NCBI GenBank assembly: GCA_035635995.1
Contig: DASPZZ010000251.1
Location: forward strand, 1,086-65,085
Direction of reading: 5' to 3'
DNA: 64,000 bases
From: Candidatus Binatia bacterium
GTDB lineage: Bacteria; Methylomirabilota; Methylomirabilia; Rokubacteriales; CSP1-6
Part shown: one piece after another, positions 32,587-40,144 of the stretch
Layout: each line of letters begins with the position of its first letter
How positions within the stretch are numbered: the stretch's first letter is position 1
Notes under the pieces: model-generated
Databases searched by the model: none
Told to the model about the DNA's origin: nothing
Seen by the model: the letters and a program-made list of their open reading frames with translations, nothing else
Translations under genes and position numbers: made by a program

Positions 32587-33486
32587 ATGGACCACGCCTA
32601 CGCCGAGGTCAACGGGATCCGGCTGCACTACGTGACGGAGGGCCGGGGTCCGCTCGTCCTGTTCGTCCACGGCTTCCCCGAGTTCTGGTACGCGTGGCGG
32701 AGCCAGCTCCGCGAGTTCGGCCGCGACCACCAGGCCGTCGCGCTGGACATGCGCGGCTACAATCTCTCCGCCAAGCCGGCCGATCTTGCCCAGTATCGGG
32801 TCCCGCACCTGGTCGAGGACCTCCGCGGCCTGGCCGCGCATCTCGGCCACGAGCGGTTCGTCCTCGTCGGCCACGACTGGGGTGGGGTCGTCGCGTGGGC
32901 GGTCGCCATCGCGCACCCCGAGCGTCTCCAGAGGCTGGTCATCATCAACGCGCCCCACCCCGCGATCTTCGACCGCGAGATCCGCGAGAATCCGGCCCAG
33001 CAGACCGCCAGTCGCTACATGCTGACCTTCCGCAGCGCCGAGGCCGAGGCGATCCTCGCCGCGAACGACTGCGCGCGCTTGGTCGAGATCCTGGGCCGCG
33101 ACCTCGGCGATCGCTTCACCGCCGCCGACCGCGCGGCGTACCTCGAGGCGTGGTCGCAGCCGGGGGCGTTGACCGGCGGGCTCAACTACTACCGCGCGGC
33201 CGGCGTGGGTCCACCGGCGGGCGACGGCGCTCCGGCGCGGAGCTTCGGCGGTGACGTCGCGCGCATGACCGTGCGCGTGCCGACGCTCGTGATCTGGGGC
33301 GAGCAGGACCGGGCGCTCCTCACCGGCAACCTCGACGGGCTCGAGCGCTTCGTCCCCGACCTGACGATCGAGCGGATCCCCGACGGCTCGCACTGGGTGG
33401 TGCACCAGCACCCGGAGCGCGTCAATCGCCTGATCCGCGACTTCCTCGGCCCACGCCGGGCGCCCGTCACGAAGGAGGCCCAATGA
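32587..33486 (+). CDS. alpha/beta hydrolase, epoxide hydrolase/haloalkane dehalogenase-like
   Basis: 299 aa with HGFPEFWYAWRSQ, GHDWGG and C-terminal GSHWV. Confidence 0.85.
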   Translation: MDHAYAEVNGIRLHYVTEGRGPLVLFVHGFPEFWYAWRSQLREFGRDHQAVALDMRGYNLSAKPADLAQYRVPHLVEDLRGLAAHLGHERFVLVGHDWGGVVAWAVAIAHPERLQRLVIINAPHPAIFDREIRENPAQQTASRYMLTFRSAEAEAILAANDCARLVEILGRDLGDRFTAADRAAYLEAWSQPGALTGGLNYYRAAGVGPPAGDGAPARSFGGDVARMTVRVPTLVIWGEQDRALLTGNLDGLERFVPDLTIERIPDGSHWVVHQHPERVNRLIRDFLGPRRAPVTKEAQ

Positions 33487-34595
33487 TCATCGGGGTTCCT
33501 CGCGAGATCAAGCCGGGCGAGCAGCGCGTGGCGCTGACCCCGGCCGGCGCGCGCGCCCTGGTCGAGGCCGCGCACGGCGTGCTGGTCGAGCGCGGCGCCG
33601 GCGGCGGCAGCGGGATCCGCGACGACGAGTACGCCGCGGTGGGCGCCGAGCTCGTCGCGGGCGACGACGTCTGGCGGCGCGCCGAGCTCGTGCTCAAGGT
33701 GAAGGAGCCGCTGGCCCCCGAGGTCGCGCGCCTCCGGGCCGGTCAGATCCTCTTCACGTACCTCCACCTGGCGCCGGCACCCGAGCTGACGCGCGCGCTC
33801 CGCGACACGGGCGCCATCGCGATCGCCTACGAGACGGTCCAGCGCACCGACGGGAGCCTGCCGCTCCTCACGCCGATGAGCGAGGTCGCGGGACGGCTCT
33901 CGGTTCAGGAGGGCGCCTACTATCTCGGCCGCGCGCACGGCGGCCGGGGCATCCTGCTCTCGGGCGTTCCGGGCGTGCCACCCGGCAACGTCGTGATCCT
34001 CGGCGCGGGCAGCGCGGGGCTCAACGCCGTCAAGACCGCCGTCGGGCTCGGCGCCGACGTGTCGATCCTCGACGTGAACCTCGACCGGCTGCGACACGTC
34101 GACGATCTCTTCCGCGGCCAGGTGGTCACGCTCACGTCGAACAGCTTCAACATCGACCAGGTCGTGCGACGGGCCGACCTGCTCATCGGCGCCGTGCTGG
34201 TCGCCGGAGCGCGGGCGCCGGTCCTCGTCACCAAGGAAATGGTGGCGCAGATGAAGGAGGGCTCGGTCATCGTCGACATCGCGGTCGACCAGGGCGGGTG
34301 CGTCGCGACCATTCACCCGACGACCCTGCTCGATCCCGTCTACCTCGTCGGCGGCGTCGTCCACTACGGCGTCGCCAACATGCCCGCGCTGGTCCCGCGC
34401 ACCTCGACCTTCGCGCTCACGAACGCGACGCTCCCGTACGCCCTCGACCTGGCCACGCGCGGTGTGGTGGCGGCGGTGCGCGCGAACCTTGCACTGGCCA
34501 AGGGCGTCAACGTCTGGGGCGGGAAGATCGTGCATCCGGCGGTCGCCGAGGCGCTCGGCGAGGCGCCCACGCCGCTCGAGGCCGTCCTGCGTTGA
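33483..34595 (+). CDS. ald: alanine dehydrogenase
   Basis: 370 aa with MIIGVPREIKPGEQRVALTP, KVKEP and the Rossmann stretch VVILGAGSAGLNA. Confidence 0.92.
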   Translation: MIIGVPREIKPGEQRVALTPAGARALVEAAHGVLVERGAGGGSGIRDDEYAAVGAELVAGDDVWRRAELVLKVKEPLAPEVARLRAGQILFTYLHLAPAPELTRALRDTGAIAIAYETVQRTDGSLPLLTPMSEVAGRLSVQEGAYYLGRAHGGRGILLSGVPGVPPGNVVILGAGSAGLNAVKTAVGLGADVSILDVNLDRLRHVDDLFRGQVVTLTSNSFNIDQVVRRADLLIGAVLVAGARAPVLVTKEMVAQMKEGSVIVDIAVDQGGCVATIHPTTLLDPVYLVGGVVHYGVANMPALVPRTSTFALTNATLPYALDLATRGVVAAVRANLALAKGVNVWGGKIVHPAVAEALGEAPTPLEAVLR

Positions 34596-35296
34596 AGATC
34601 CACGTCGGGACATCCGGGTACAACTACCCGGAGTGGCGGGCGACGTTCTACCCCGCCAAGCTGCCGGCGGCGAAGATGCTGGCGTACTACGTGGAGCGCT
34701 TCTCCACGGTCGAGATCAACGCGACGTTCTATCGGATGCCGAACGCGAAGACCGTCGCGGGCTGGGGGGCGACCGCGCCCGCCGGCTTCACCTACGTCCT
34801 GAAAGCGCCGCAGCGGATCACGCACTTCGCCCGGCTGCGCGGCGTCGACGAGCCGCTCCGCTACTTCTGTGACACCGCCGGCGCGCTCGGCGACAAGCTC
34901 GGCCCGCTGCTCTTCCAGCTCCCCCCGAACTTCAAAAAGGCGGCGGACCGCCTCGGTGAGCTGCTCGCGACGCTGCCCGGAGGGCTTCGTGTCGCCTTCG
35001 AGTTCCGCCACGAGAGCTGGTTCGACGAGGAGGTCTACGCGCTGCTCCGGACGCGGAACGCGGCGCTCTGCATCGCGGACACCGAGGAGGGCTCGACGCC
35101 CGCCGTCGCGACGGCCGACTTTGGCTACCTCCGGCTGCGCGCCGTTGAGTACACCGGCGACGACTTGCGGCGCTGGATCGAGACGATCGAGCGTGTCGGA
35201 GCCGGCTGGCGCGACGCCTTCGTCTTCTTCAAGCACGAGGCGGACGCCCCCCGCCTCGCCGGCGCCTTTCAAAAGCAAATCCTTACACACGCGTAG
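34592..35296 (+). CDS. DUF72 (YecE-like) family protein
   Basis: 234 aa from TTG 34592, which overlaps the ald stop. Motifs are IHVGTSGYNYPEWRATFYP, STVEINATFYRMP and FEFRHESW. Confidence 0.8.
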   Translation: MKIHVGTSGYNYPEWRATFYPAKLPAAKMLAYYVERFSTVEINATFYRMPNAKTVAGWGATAPAGFTYVLKAPQRITHFARLRGVDEPLRYFCDTAGALGDKLGPLLFQLPPNFKKAADRLGELLATLPGGLRVAFEFRHESWFDEEVYALLRTRNAALCIADTEEGSTPAVATADFGYLRLRAVEYTGDDLRRWIETIERVGAGWRDAFVFFKHEADAPRLAGAFQKQILTHA

Positions 35297-35555
35297 CCCG
35301 CCTCGCTGTCCGCGTTCTGCTGGTGTTCAGGGACGTGACGTTCGCGGCCCGTCGCTGGGGGCGATAGGTGTCAGCGGCCGCCAGGGCGCTCCGCTGGTCT
35401 TCATGGCTGGTGATGTCATACCGCTTGCAGGCGAGCGGCGATCGCCGGGCGCCGGGCGGGGTTCTGACCAGGGGTTTTCCGGTAGCCTCCTCACGCATTC
35501 ACCCGATGGTCTCGCCCGACGAGACGGCCTAGCGTGGTCTCCAGGGGGGTCCCGG

Positions 35556-36182
35556 ATGACGACATGGATCGGAATCGCGATCTCGGTGGCGTGGCTGGTC
35601 GTGGCCGAGACCGCGGTGGCCTCGCCGGCCGTGGGACCGCGTGAGGCCGTCGAAGCCGCGGTCGGGCGCGCCCAGGGCATCGTCAAGAACGGCCAGGCCG
35701 ACGGCGCTCCCGTGGCCGACCGGTCGGGGGAGATCCGGCGGATCGTCCGGGAGATGTTCGACTTCGACGAGATCTCGCGGCGCGCGCTCTCCCGGCATTG
35801 GCAGGCGCTGCTTCCGAAGGAACGGGCGGAGTTCGTGACGCTCTTCCGGGACCTCCTGGAGCGCTCCTACATGGCGCAGATCGAGGCGTGCGGCGACGAG
35901 AAGATCACATTCGTCGGCGAGTCGATCGACGGCGACTCCGCCACCGTGCGCTCGAAGGTGGTGACCCGCCAGGGCACGGAGATCCCGCTCGACTACCGCC
36001 TGCACGTGCGCGACGGACGCTGGCGGATCTACGACGTGGTGGTCCGCGGGATAAGCGTCGTCGCGAGCTACCGCACGCAGTTCGACCGCGTAGTCCGCAC
36101 GGAGTCCTACAGCGCGCTGCGCGACCGGCTGCAGAACAAGATCCTGGACACCGCGACGGCGCAGCGCCGGCCGGAGTCCTAG
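35556..36182 (+). CDS. MlaC/Ttg2D-like periplasmic lipid-binding protein
   Basis: 208 aa from ATG 35556. It has a signal peptide and the toluene-tolerance Ttg2D pattern (FDFDEISRRALSRHWQALLPKERAEF...LLERSY...WRIYDVVVRGISVVASYR). Confidence 0.75.
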   Translation: MTTWIGIAISVAWLVVAETAVASPAVGPREAVEAAVGRAQGIVKNGQADGAPVADRSGEIRRIVREMFDFDEISRRALSRHWQALLPKERAEFVTLFRDLLERSYMAQIEACGDEKITFVGESIDGDSATVRSKVVTRQGTEIPLDYRLHVRDGRWRIYDVVVRGISVVASYRTQFDRVVRTESYSALRDRLQNKILDTATAQRRPES

Positions 36183-36288
36183 CGCGCATTATTCACGAAC
36201 CGCACTGCGCCGTCGGACGGATGGCACCAGGGTGCCAGGCCCCGTCCGGCTCGCGGCGCCGTCTTCGTGAATAATGCGGGCTAGCGCG
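36179..36288. repeat. 110-bp hairpin element flanked by direct CTAGCGCG repeats (family A, full copy)
   Basis: CTAGCGCG (36179-36186) and CTAGCGCG (36281-36288) flank a 15-bp perfect stem: CGCATTATTCACGAA (36185-36199) pairs with TTCGTGAATAATGCG (36264-36278). Inner imperfect stems and an apical GGCACC-AGG-GTGCC hairpin follow. The left CTAG supplies the TAG stop of the MlaC-like gene. Confidence 0.8.
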
Positions 36289-36289
36289 T

Positions 36290-36691
36290 TTACCGCCCGC
36301 GCACTGATGAGCGATTCAGCAGCCAGTCGATGACGGCCCGAGGATCGTCCGCGTCCTTCGGCTGCCGCTCTGCGGCGGTCGCCGGAGCTTGGAGCGCCTG
36401 CGGCTGCTCTTGAGGCTCGACCCTCAGTGGGGACGCAGCCGACGCGGCGGCCGCTGCAGGCATAACCGGCGTGACCGTGAGCGCCGGGCGCGTCTCGGTA
36501 GCCGGAGCGCTCGCCGCTGTGGGCACACTTGCCGGCACCGACTCAGGGGCGGGTGGCTGTACCACCGTCGAAGGCGGCTTGGCTGCGAGCGCCCGGCGCA
36601 TCTCGGCGACCAGAGCGCATGCCGTCGTCACGGTCAGCAATCCGGCGACAAGTAGACCCAACATGATTCGATCGGTTCTCACCGAGCCCAT
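36290..36691 (-). CDS. hypothetical membrane-anchored/secreted Pro/Ala-rich protein
   Basis: 133 aa from ATG 36691, with an AGAGG RBS 9-13 nt upstream. One N-terminal hydrophobic helix is followed by a low-complexity Pro/Ala tract. No family recognised. Confidence 0.45.
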   Translation of the reverse strand: MGSVRTDRIMLGLLVAGLLTVTTACALVAEMRRALAAKPPSTVVQPPAPESVPASVPTAASAPATETRPALTVTPVMPAAAAASAASPLRVEPQEQPQALQAPATAAERQPKDADDPRAVIDWLLNRSSVRGR

Positions 36692-36881
36692 GGTTGGCAC
36701 CTCTGTCCGCTACCTCGCCTTCCGCTCTACCCCTCCCTCCGTTGACAAGCAACCCGGGCACCTCAACTGAGGACGGCAGTTGGGTCGCGTATACAGGAAC
36801 TACCCCGACGCTGTCAAACACCGGAGAAAGCGCGGCGTCCCGAGTTGCTGAGGACGCCCCATGAGGCGACTGCGAAGGACG

Positions 36882-37136
36882 TCAGGACTCCGCCGAGGTA
36901 CCCTCCGCTCCTCGACCTTCGGTCGCCGTGGTGGGGAGGCTCGAGCTCCGATACGCGAGCTTGTAGAGATCGGCCTCACGATGGGTAGTCACTTTGCCCT
37001 GCATCGAGGGCCGGGTGATCCATTGGACCGTGATGAAGTACCCGTCGTTGCTCAGAACGACGCCCTTTGTAATGTCCGGCGACGTTAGGAGCGAGACGAC
37101 ATCGCCGGGGCTGAGAGCCATGGCGCATCCAATCAT
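36882..37136 (-). CDS. hypothetical small protein
   Basis: 84 aa from ATG 37136 (MIGCAMALSPGDVVSLLTSPDITKGVVLSNDGYFITVQWITRPSMQGKV...). It is non-repetitive and globular-looking, and lies in a locally lower-GC patch. No family recognised. Confidence 0.35.
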   Translation of the reverse strand: MIGCAMALSPGDVVSLLTSPDITKGVVLSNDGYFITVQWITRPSMQGKVTTHREADLYKLAYRSSSLPTTATEGRGAEGTSAES

Positions 37137-37181
37137 ACCGTAGCCCCGGATAGGCACCAGCGCGGGCCGAAGGGCCTGGCG

Positions 37182-38078
37182 CTACGCGAGCGATCGACGC
37201 AGGTCGTCGAGCGTCGCGAGGAAGGCGTCGAGCACCGGCGTCCGCGGCTTGTCCCGACGGAGCACGATCCCGATCTGGCGGAAGAGGGGCGGGTCGAGCC
37301 GCGCTGCGCTGAGCCGTCGCGCCCGCACGTCGGCCTTGGCCGCGAACCACGAGGTCACCGACAGGCCGAGCCCCGATTCGACGAGCTTCTTGATCGCCTC
37401 GGTGTTGCCGAGCTCCATCGGCAGGGCCGGCGCGGCGCCGCCGCGCTGGAACCAGTCGTCGATCACGCGCCGGAGCGTCGCGCCCCGCTCGAACAGGATC
37501 AGCGGCTCGCGCGCGAGCTCCGTCGCCTTCGCGCGCCGGCCGCGCGGCCAGCGCCGGCCCGGCGGCCCGATCGCGACGAGCTCGTCGCGGTGGAACGAGG
37601 TCACCGCCAGCTCGCGCTCGCGGACCGGTAGGCTCACGATCCCGACGTCGAGCTCGTTCGCCACCACCGCGCGCGCGATCTCCGGGGCATTGCCCGTGAC
37701 GACGACGAGCTCGGTCCGCGGGTAGCGCGCCCGGAACCGGCGCAGGGCGGATGGCAGCAGGTAGATGCTGAACGACGCGCTGGTGCCGAGCCGGATCCGC
37801 CCGGCGACGATCCCCCGGAGCTGCTGCACGACCTCGAGGCCCCGCTCGAGCTCCCGCACGGCGCGGCCGGCGTGGGCCAGGAGCAGCTCGCCCGCCTTGG
37901 TGGTGTACGTCCTCTTGCCGACGCGCTCGAGCAGCGGCAGCCCGAGCTCCCGTTCGAGCAGGCGCACTTGCATGCTCACGGCCGGCTGCGTGAGCCGAAG
38001 CTCGCGCGCCGCCCGCGAGAAGCTCCCGTGGCGGGCCACCGCCGCGAGCGTCTGAAGGTGCGCGAGCTGGACGTTCAA
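37182..38078 (-). CDS. LysR-family transcriptional regulator
   Basis: The HTH is LNVQLAHLQTLAAVARHGSFSRAARELRLTQPAVSMQVRLLE. I prefer the TTG at 38078 as start because it gives the canonical LysR N-terminus. It also leaves the palindrome TGATCGTAACGATCA in the divergent promoter region. The ATG at 38114 is the alternative. Confidence 0.85.
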   Translation of the reverse strand: MNVQLAHLQTLAAVARHGSFSRAARELRLTQPAVSMQVRLLERELGLPLLERVGKRTYTTKAGELLLAHAGRAVRELERGLEVVQQLRGIVAGRIRLGTSASFSIYLLPSALRRFRARYPRTELVVVTGNAPEIARAVVANELDVGIVSLPVRERELAVTSFHRDELVAIGPPGRRWPRGRRAKATELAREPLILFERGATLRRVIDDWFQRGGAAPALPMELGNTEAIKKLVESGLGLSVTSWFAAKADVRARRLSAARLDPPLFRQIGIVLRRDKPRTPVLDAFLATLDDLRRSLA

Positions 38079-38098
38079 AGTGGAACTCAAAAAATAGC

Positions 38099-38113
38099 TG
38101 ATCGTAACGATCA
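38099..38113. promoter_or_regulatory. candidate LysR-type binding palindrome in the divergent promoter region
   Basis: TGATCG-TAA-CGATCA is a perfect dyad. It sits in a short AT-richer stretch between the LysR gene (TTG 38078) and the uORF/GNAT operon (38159). Confidence 0.45.
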
Positions 38114-38158
38114 TGACAATTGATTTCCCTGATGATCCGGCCCGGGCGATCATGCGCC

Positions 38159-38278
38159 ATGGACACGAACCCATACGCGCTGGAGGCTCTCGCGCACGAC
38201 CGACTCGACCGGGCCCGCGCCGACGCCGCGCGCCGGAGGCTGCTTCGCGGCGCTGAGGCAGAGCCCGCGCTCACGTAA
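38159..38278 (+). CDS. 39-aa upstream ORF (MDTNPYALEALAHDRLDRARADAARRRLLRGAEAEPALT), hypothetical
   Basis: ATG 38159 to TAA 38276-38278. It overlaps, in another frame, the open frame that continues into the GNAT gene. No family assignment. Confidence 0.3.
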   Translation: MDTNPYALEALAHDRLDRARADAARRRLLRGAEAEPALT

Positions 38279-38279
38279 C

Positions 38280-38798
38280 GGCCGCGTCGCCCTCGTCGGG
38301 CACGTCGAGCTCCGCGACGCCCGCGAGGCGGACCTCGATCAGATCGCCGCGATCTGGAACCACGAGGTCCTCTACACCGACGCCACCACCGACACCGAGC
38401 CCAGGGACCCGACCGCCCAGCGCGAATGGCTGGCGCGGCACACGGAGCCCTACCCCGTCCTCGTCGCCGCGGTCGCCGAGGATGTGCTGGCGTACGGCGC
38501 CCTCTCGGCGTACCGGCCGAAGCCGGCCTTCGCCCGAACGGTCGAGGATTCCGTGTACGTCAGGCGCGGCCAGCGGGGTGCCGGTCTCGGGGGCCTGGTC
38601 CTCGCCGAGCTGATTCGGCGCGCCGCAGCGCTGGGACACCACTCGATTCTGGCGCGCATCACGGCGCAGAACGTCCCGTCCCTGCGCCTGCACGAACGCC
38701 ACGGCTTCCACCGGGTCGGCGTCGAGCACGAGTCCGCATTCAAGCTCGGCCGCTGGCACGACGTCACCACCATGCAGCGCCGTATCGACGCGGTCTGA
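38280..38798 (+). CDS. PAT-like GNAT N-acetyltransferase (phosphinothricin/MSO acetyltransferase family) with unresolved start codon
   Basis: The in-frame translation from 38280 gives a complete 172-aa PAT-type domain: [22 protein letters not shown]...ATTDTEP...REWL...PVLVA...[24 protein letters not shown]...GAGLGG...[13 protein letters not shown]...KLGRWHDV. The first ATG/GTG/TTG in this frame is the GTG at 38484, halfway through the domain. Confidence 0.6.
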   Translation, partial: GRVALVGHVELRDAREADLDQIAAIWNHEVLYTDATTDTEPRDPTAQREWLARHTEPYPVLVAAVAEDVLAYGALSAYRPKPAFARTVEDSVYVRRGQRGAGLGGLVLAELIRRAAALGHHSILARITAQNVPSLRLHERHGFHRVGVEHESAFKLGRWHDVTTMQRRIDAV

Positions 38799-38847
38799 AC
38801 AGAGCCGAACCCTTCAACGGTTCGATGGTGAGCGGGAGGACAGCACG

Positions 38848-40008
38848 ATGGATGCGCAGCTCGATCCGATCATGAAAGTCGCGGAACGGCCGTCGCCCGT
38901 CATGGTCAGAGGGGCGGGGTCCTGGCTCTGGGATCGCGACGGCAAGTGCTATCTCGACTTCGTCCAGGGGTGGGCCGTGAACTCGCTCGGCCACTCCCCG
39001 CGGGTGGTGCTCGACGCCCTGGCGGCGCAAGGGGCCCGGCTGATCAACTGCAGCCCCGCGTACTACAACGAGCCGATGGCCAGGCTCGCGGCCCTCCTGG
39101 CCGAGGCGTCGGGGCTCGACCAGGTGTTCCTCTGCAACAGTGGCGCCGAGGCCAACGAAGGCGCCATCAAGCTGGCGCGCAAGTGGGGCACTCTCCGTCG
39201 CGATGGCGCCTTCGAGATCATCACCATGCACGGGAGCTTTCACGGGCGCACGCTGGCGACGATGGCCGCCTCGGGCAAACCGGGCTGGGACGAGCTGTTC
39301 GCGCCGAAGGTGCCCGGCTTTCGGAAGGTCCCCCTGGGCGATCTCAGCGCCGTCTCGGACGCGATCGGCCCCCGCACGGTGGCGGTGATGCTCGAGCCGA
39401 TCCAGGGTGAAGCGGGTGTCTTCGTGGCCGCCGACGACTATCTGCGTGGGCTGCGGGCGCTGACGAAGGAACGCGGAGTCTTGTTGATCCTCGACGAGAT
39501 CCAGACGGGCATCGGTCGGACCGGCGGCGCCTTCGGCTACCAGCACGCGGGGATCGCGCCGGACATCGTGACGCTCGGCAAGGGGCTCGGCGGCGGGGTC
39601 CCGCTCGCGGCGCTGGTGGCCGCCGGCCGTGTCAGCTGCTTCGAGTACGGTGACCAGGGCGGCACCTTCAACGGAAACCCACTCATGGCCGCCGTCGGCT
39701 GCGCCGTGGTCACGACGGTGACGCAGCCGGAGTTTCTTCACGCGGTCGTCGCGAACGGCACCTACCTCACGGACCGTCTGAGGGCCCTCGCGGCCGAACT
39801 CGGCCACGGCGAAGTACGCGGCCGCGGGCTGCTGCTGGCGCTCGCGCTGAGGACGCCCGACGCGAAAAAGGTCGCGGCGACGGCGCTCGACCACGGACTT
39901 CTGATCAACGCCCCGCGCCCGGACACGCTCCGGTTCATGCCGGCGCTCACCGTGTCCCGTGTCGAGATCGACGAGATGATCGCCCGCCTCACGGCGAGCC
40001 TCTCCTAG
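38848..40008 (+). CDS. class III PLP aminotransferase (acetylornithine aminotransferase-like)
   Basis: 386 aa with [30 protein letters not shown] and TLGKGLGGG (PLP lysine). Confidence 0.88.
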   Translation: MDAQLDPIMKVAERPSPVMVRGAGSWLWDRDGKCYLDFVQGWAVNSLGHSPRVVLDALAAQGARLINCSPAYYNEPMARLAALLAEASGLDQVFLCNSGAEANEGAIKLARKWGTLRRDGAFEIITMHGSFHGRTLATMAASGKPGWDELFAPKVPGFRKVPLGDLSAVSDAIGPRTVAVMLEPIQGEAGVFVAADDYLRGLRALTKERGVLLILDEIQTGIGRTGGAFGYQHAGIAPDIVTLGKGLGGGVPLAALVAAGRVSCFEYGDQGGTFNGNPLMAAVGCAVVTTVTQPEFLHAVVANGTYLTDRLRALAAELGHGEVRGRGLLLALALRTPDAKKVAATALDHGLLINAPRPDTLRFMPALTVSRVEIDEMIARLTASLS

Positions 40009-40074
40009 CGCGGATTACTCATGAACGACACCCCGACGAACGGGCGGGTGGCGCCGATCGTTCGCCCTAGCGCT
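40005..40074. repeat. 70-bp related element flanked by CTAGCGCG / CTAGCGCT (family A, short copy)
   Basis: The left end is CTAGCGCGGATTACTCATGAACGACAC, against CTAGCGCGCATTATTCACGAACCGCAC in the full copy (22/27 identical). The left CTAG supplies the TAG stop of the aminotransferase gene. The internal GAACGA / CGAACG segments can pair with CGATCGTTCG. Confidence 0.6.
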
Positions 40075-40144
40075 GGCCGACCACGACGATCACCATCTCG
40101 CCCGGCTCGCACGGGCGCTCGTCGGGCAGCCTGACGGTCCGTGC

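Noticed and set aside
35283-35555. 71-aa minus-strand ORF and a ~260-bp gap between the DUF72 and MlaC-like genes, considered for a small gene or riboswitch
   Set aside because: The ORF is Arg/Thr/Ala-rich with no RBS or motif. I could not draw a convincing conserved structure by eye, so I left it unannotated rather than guess.
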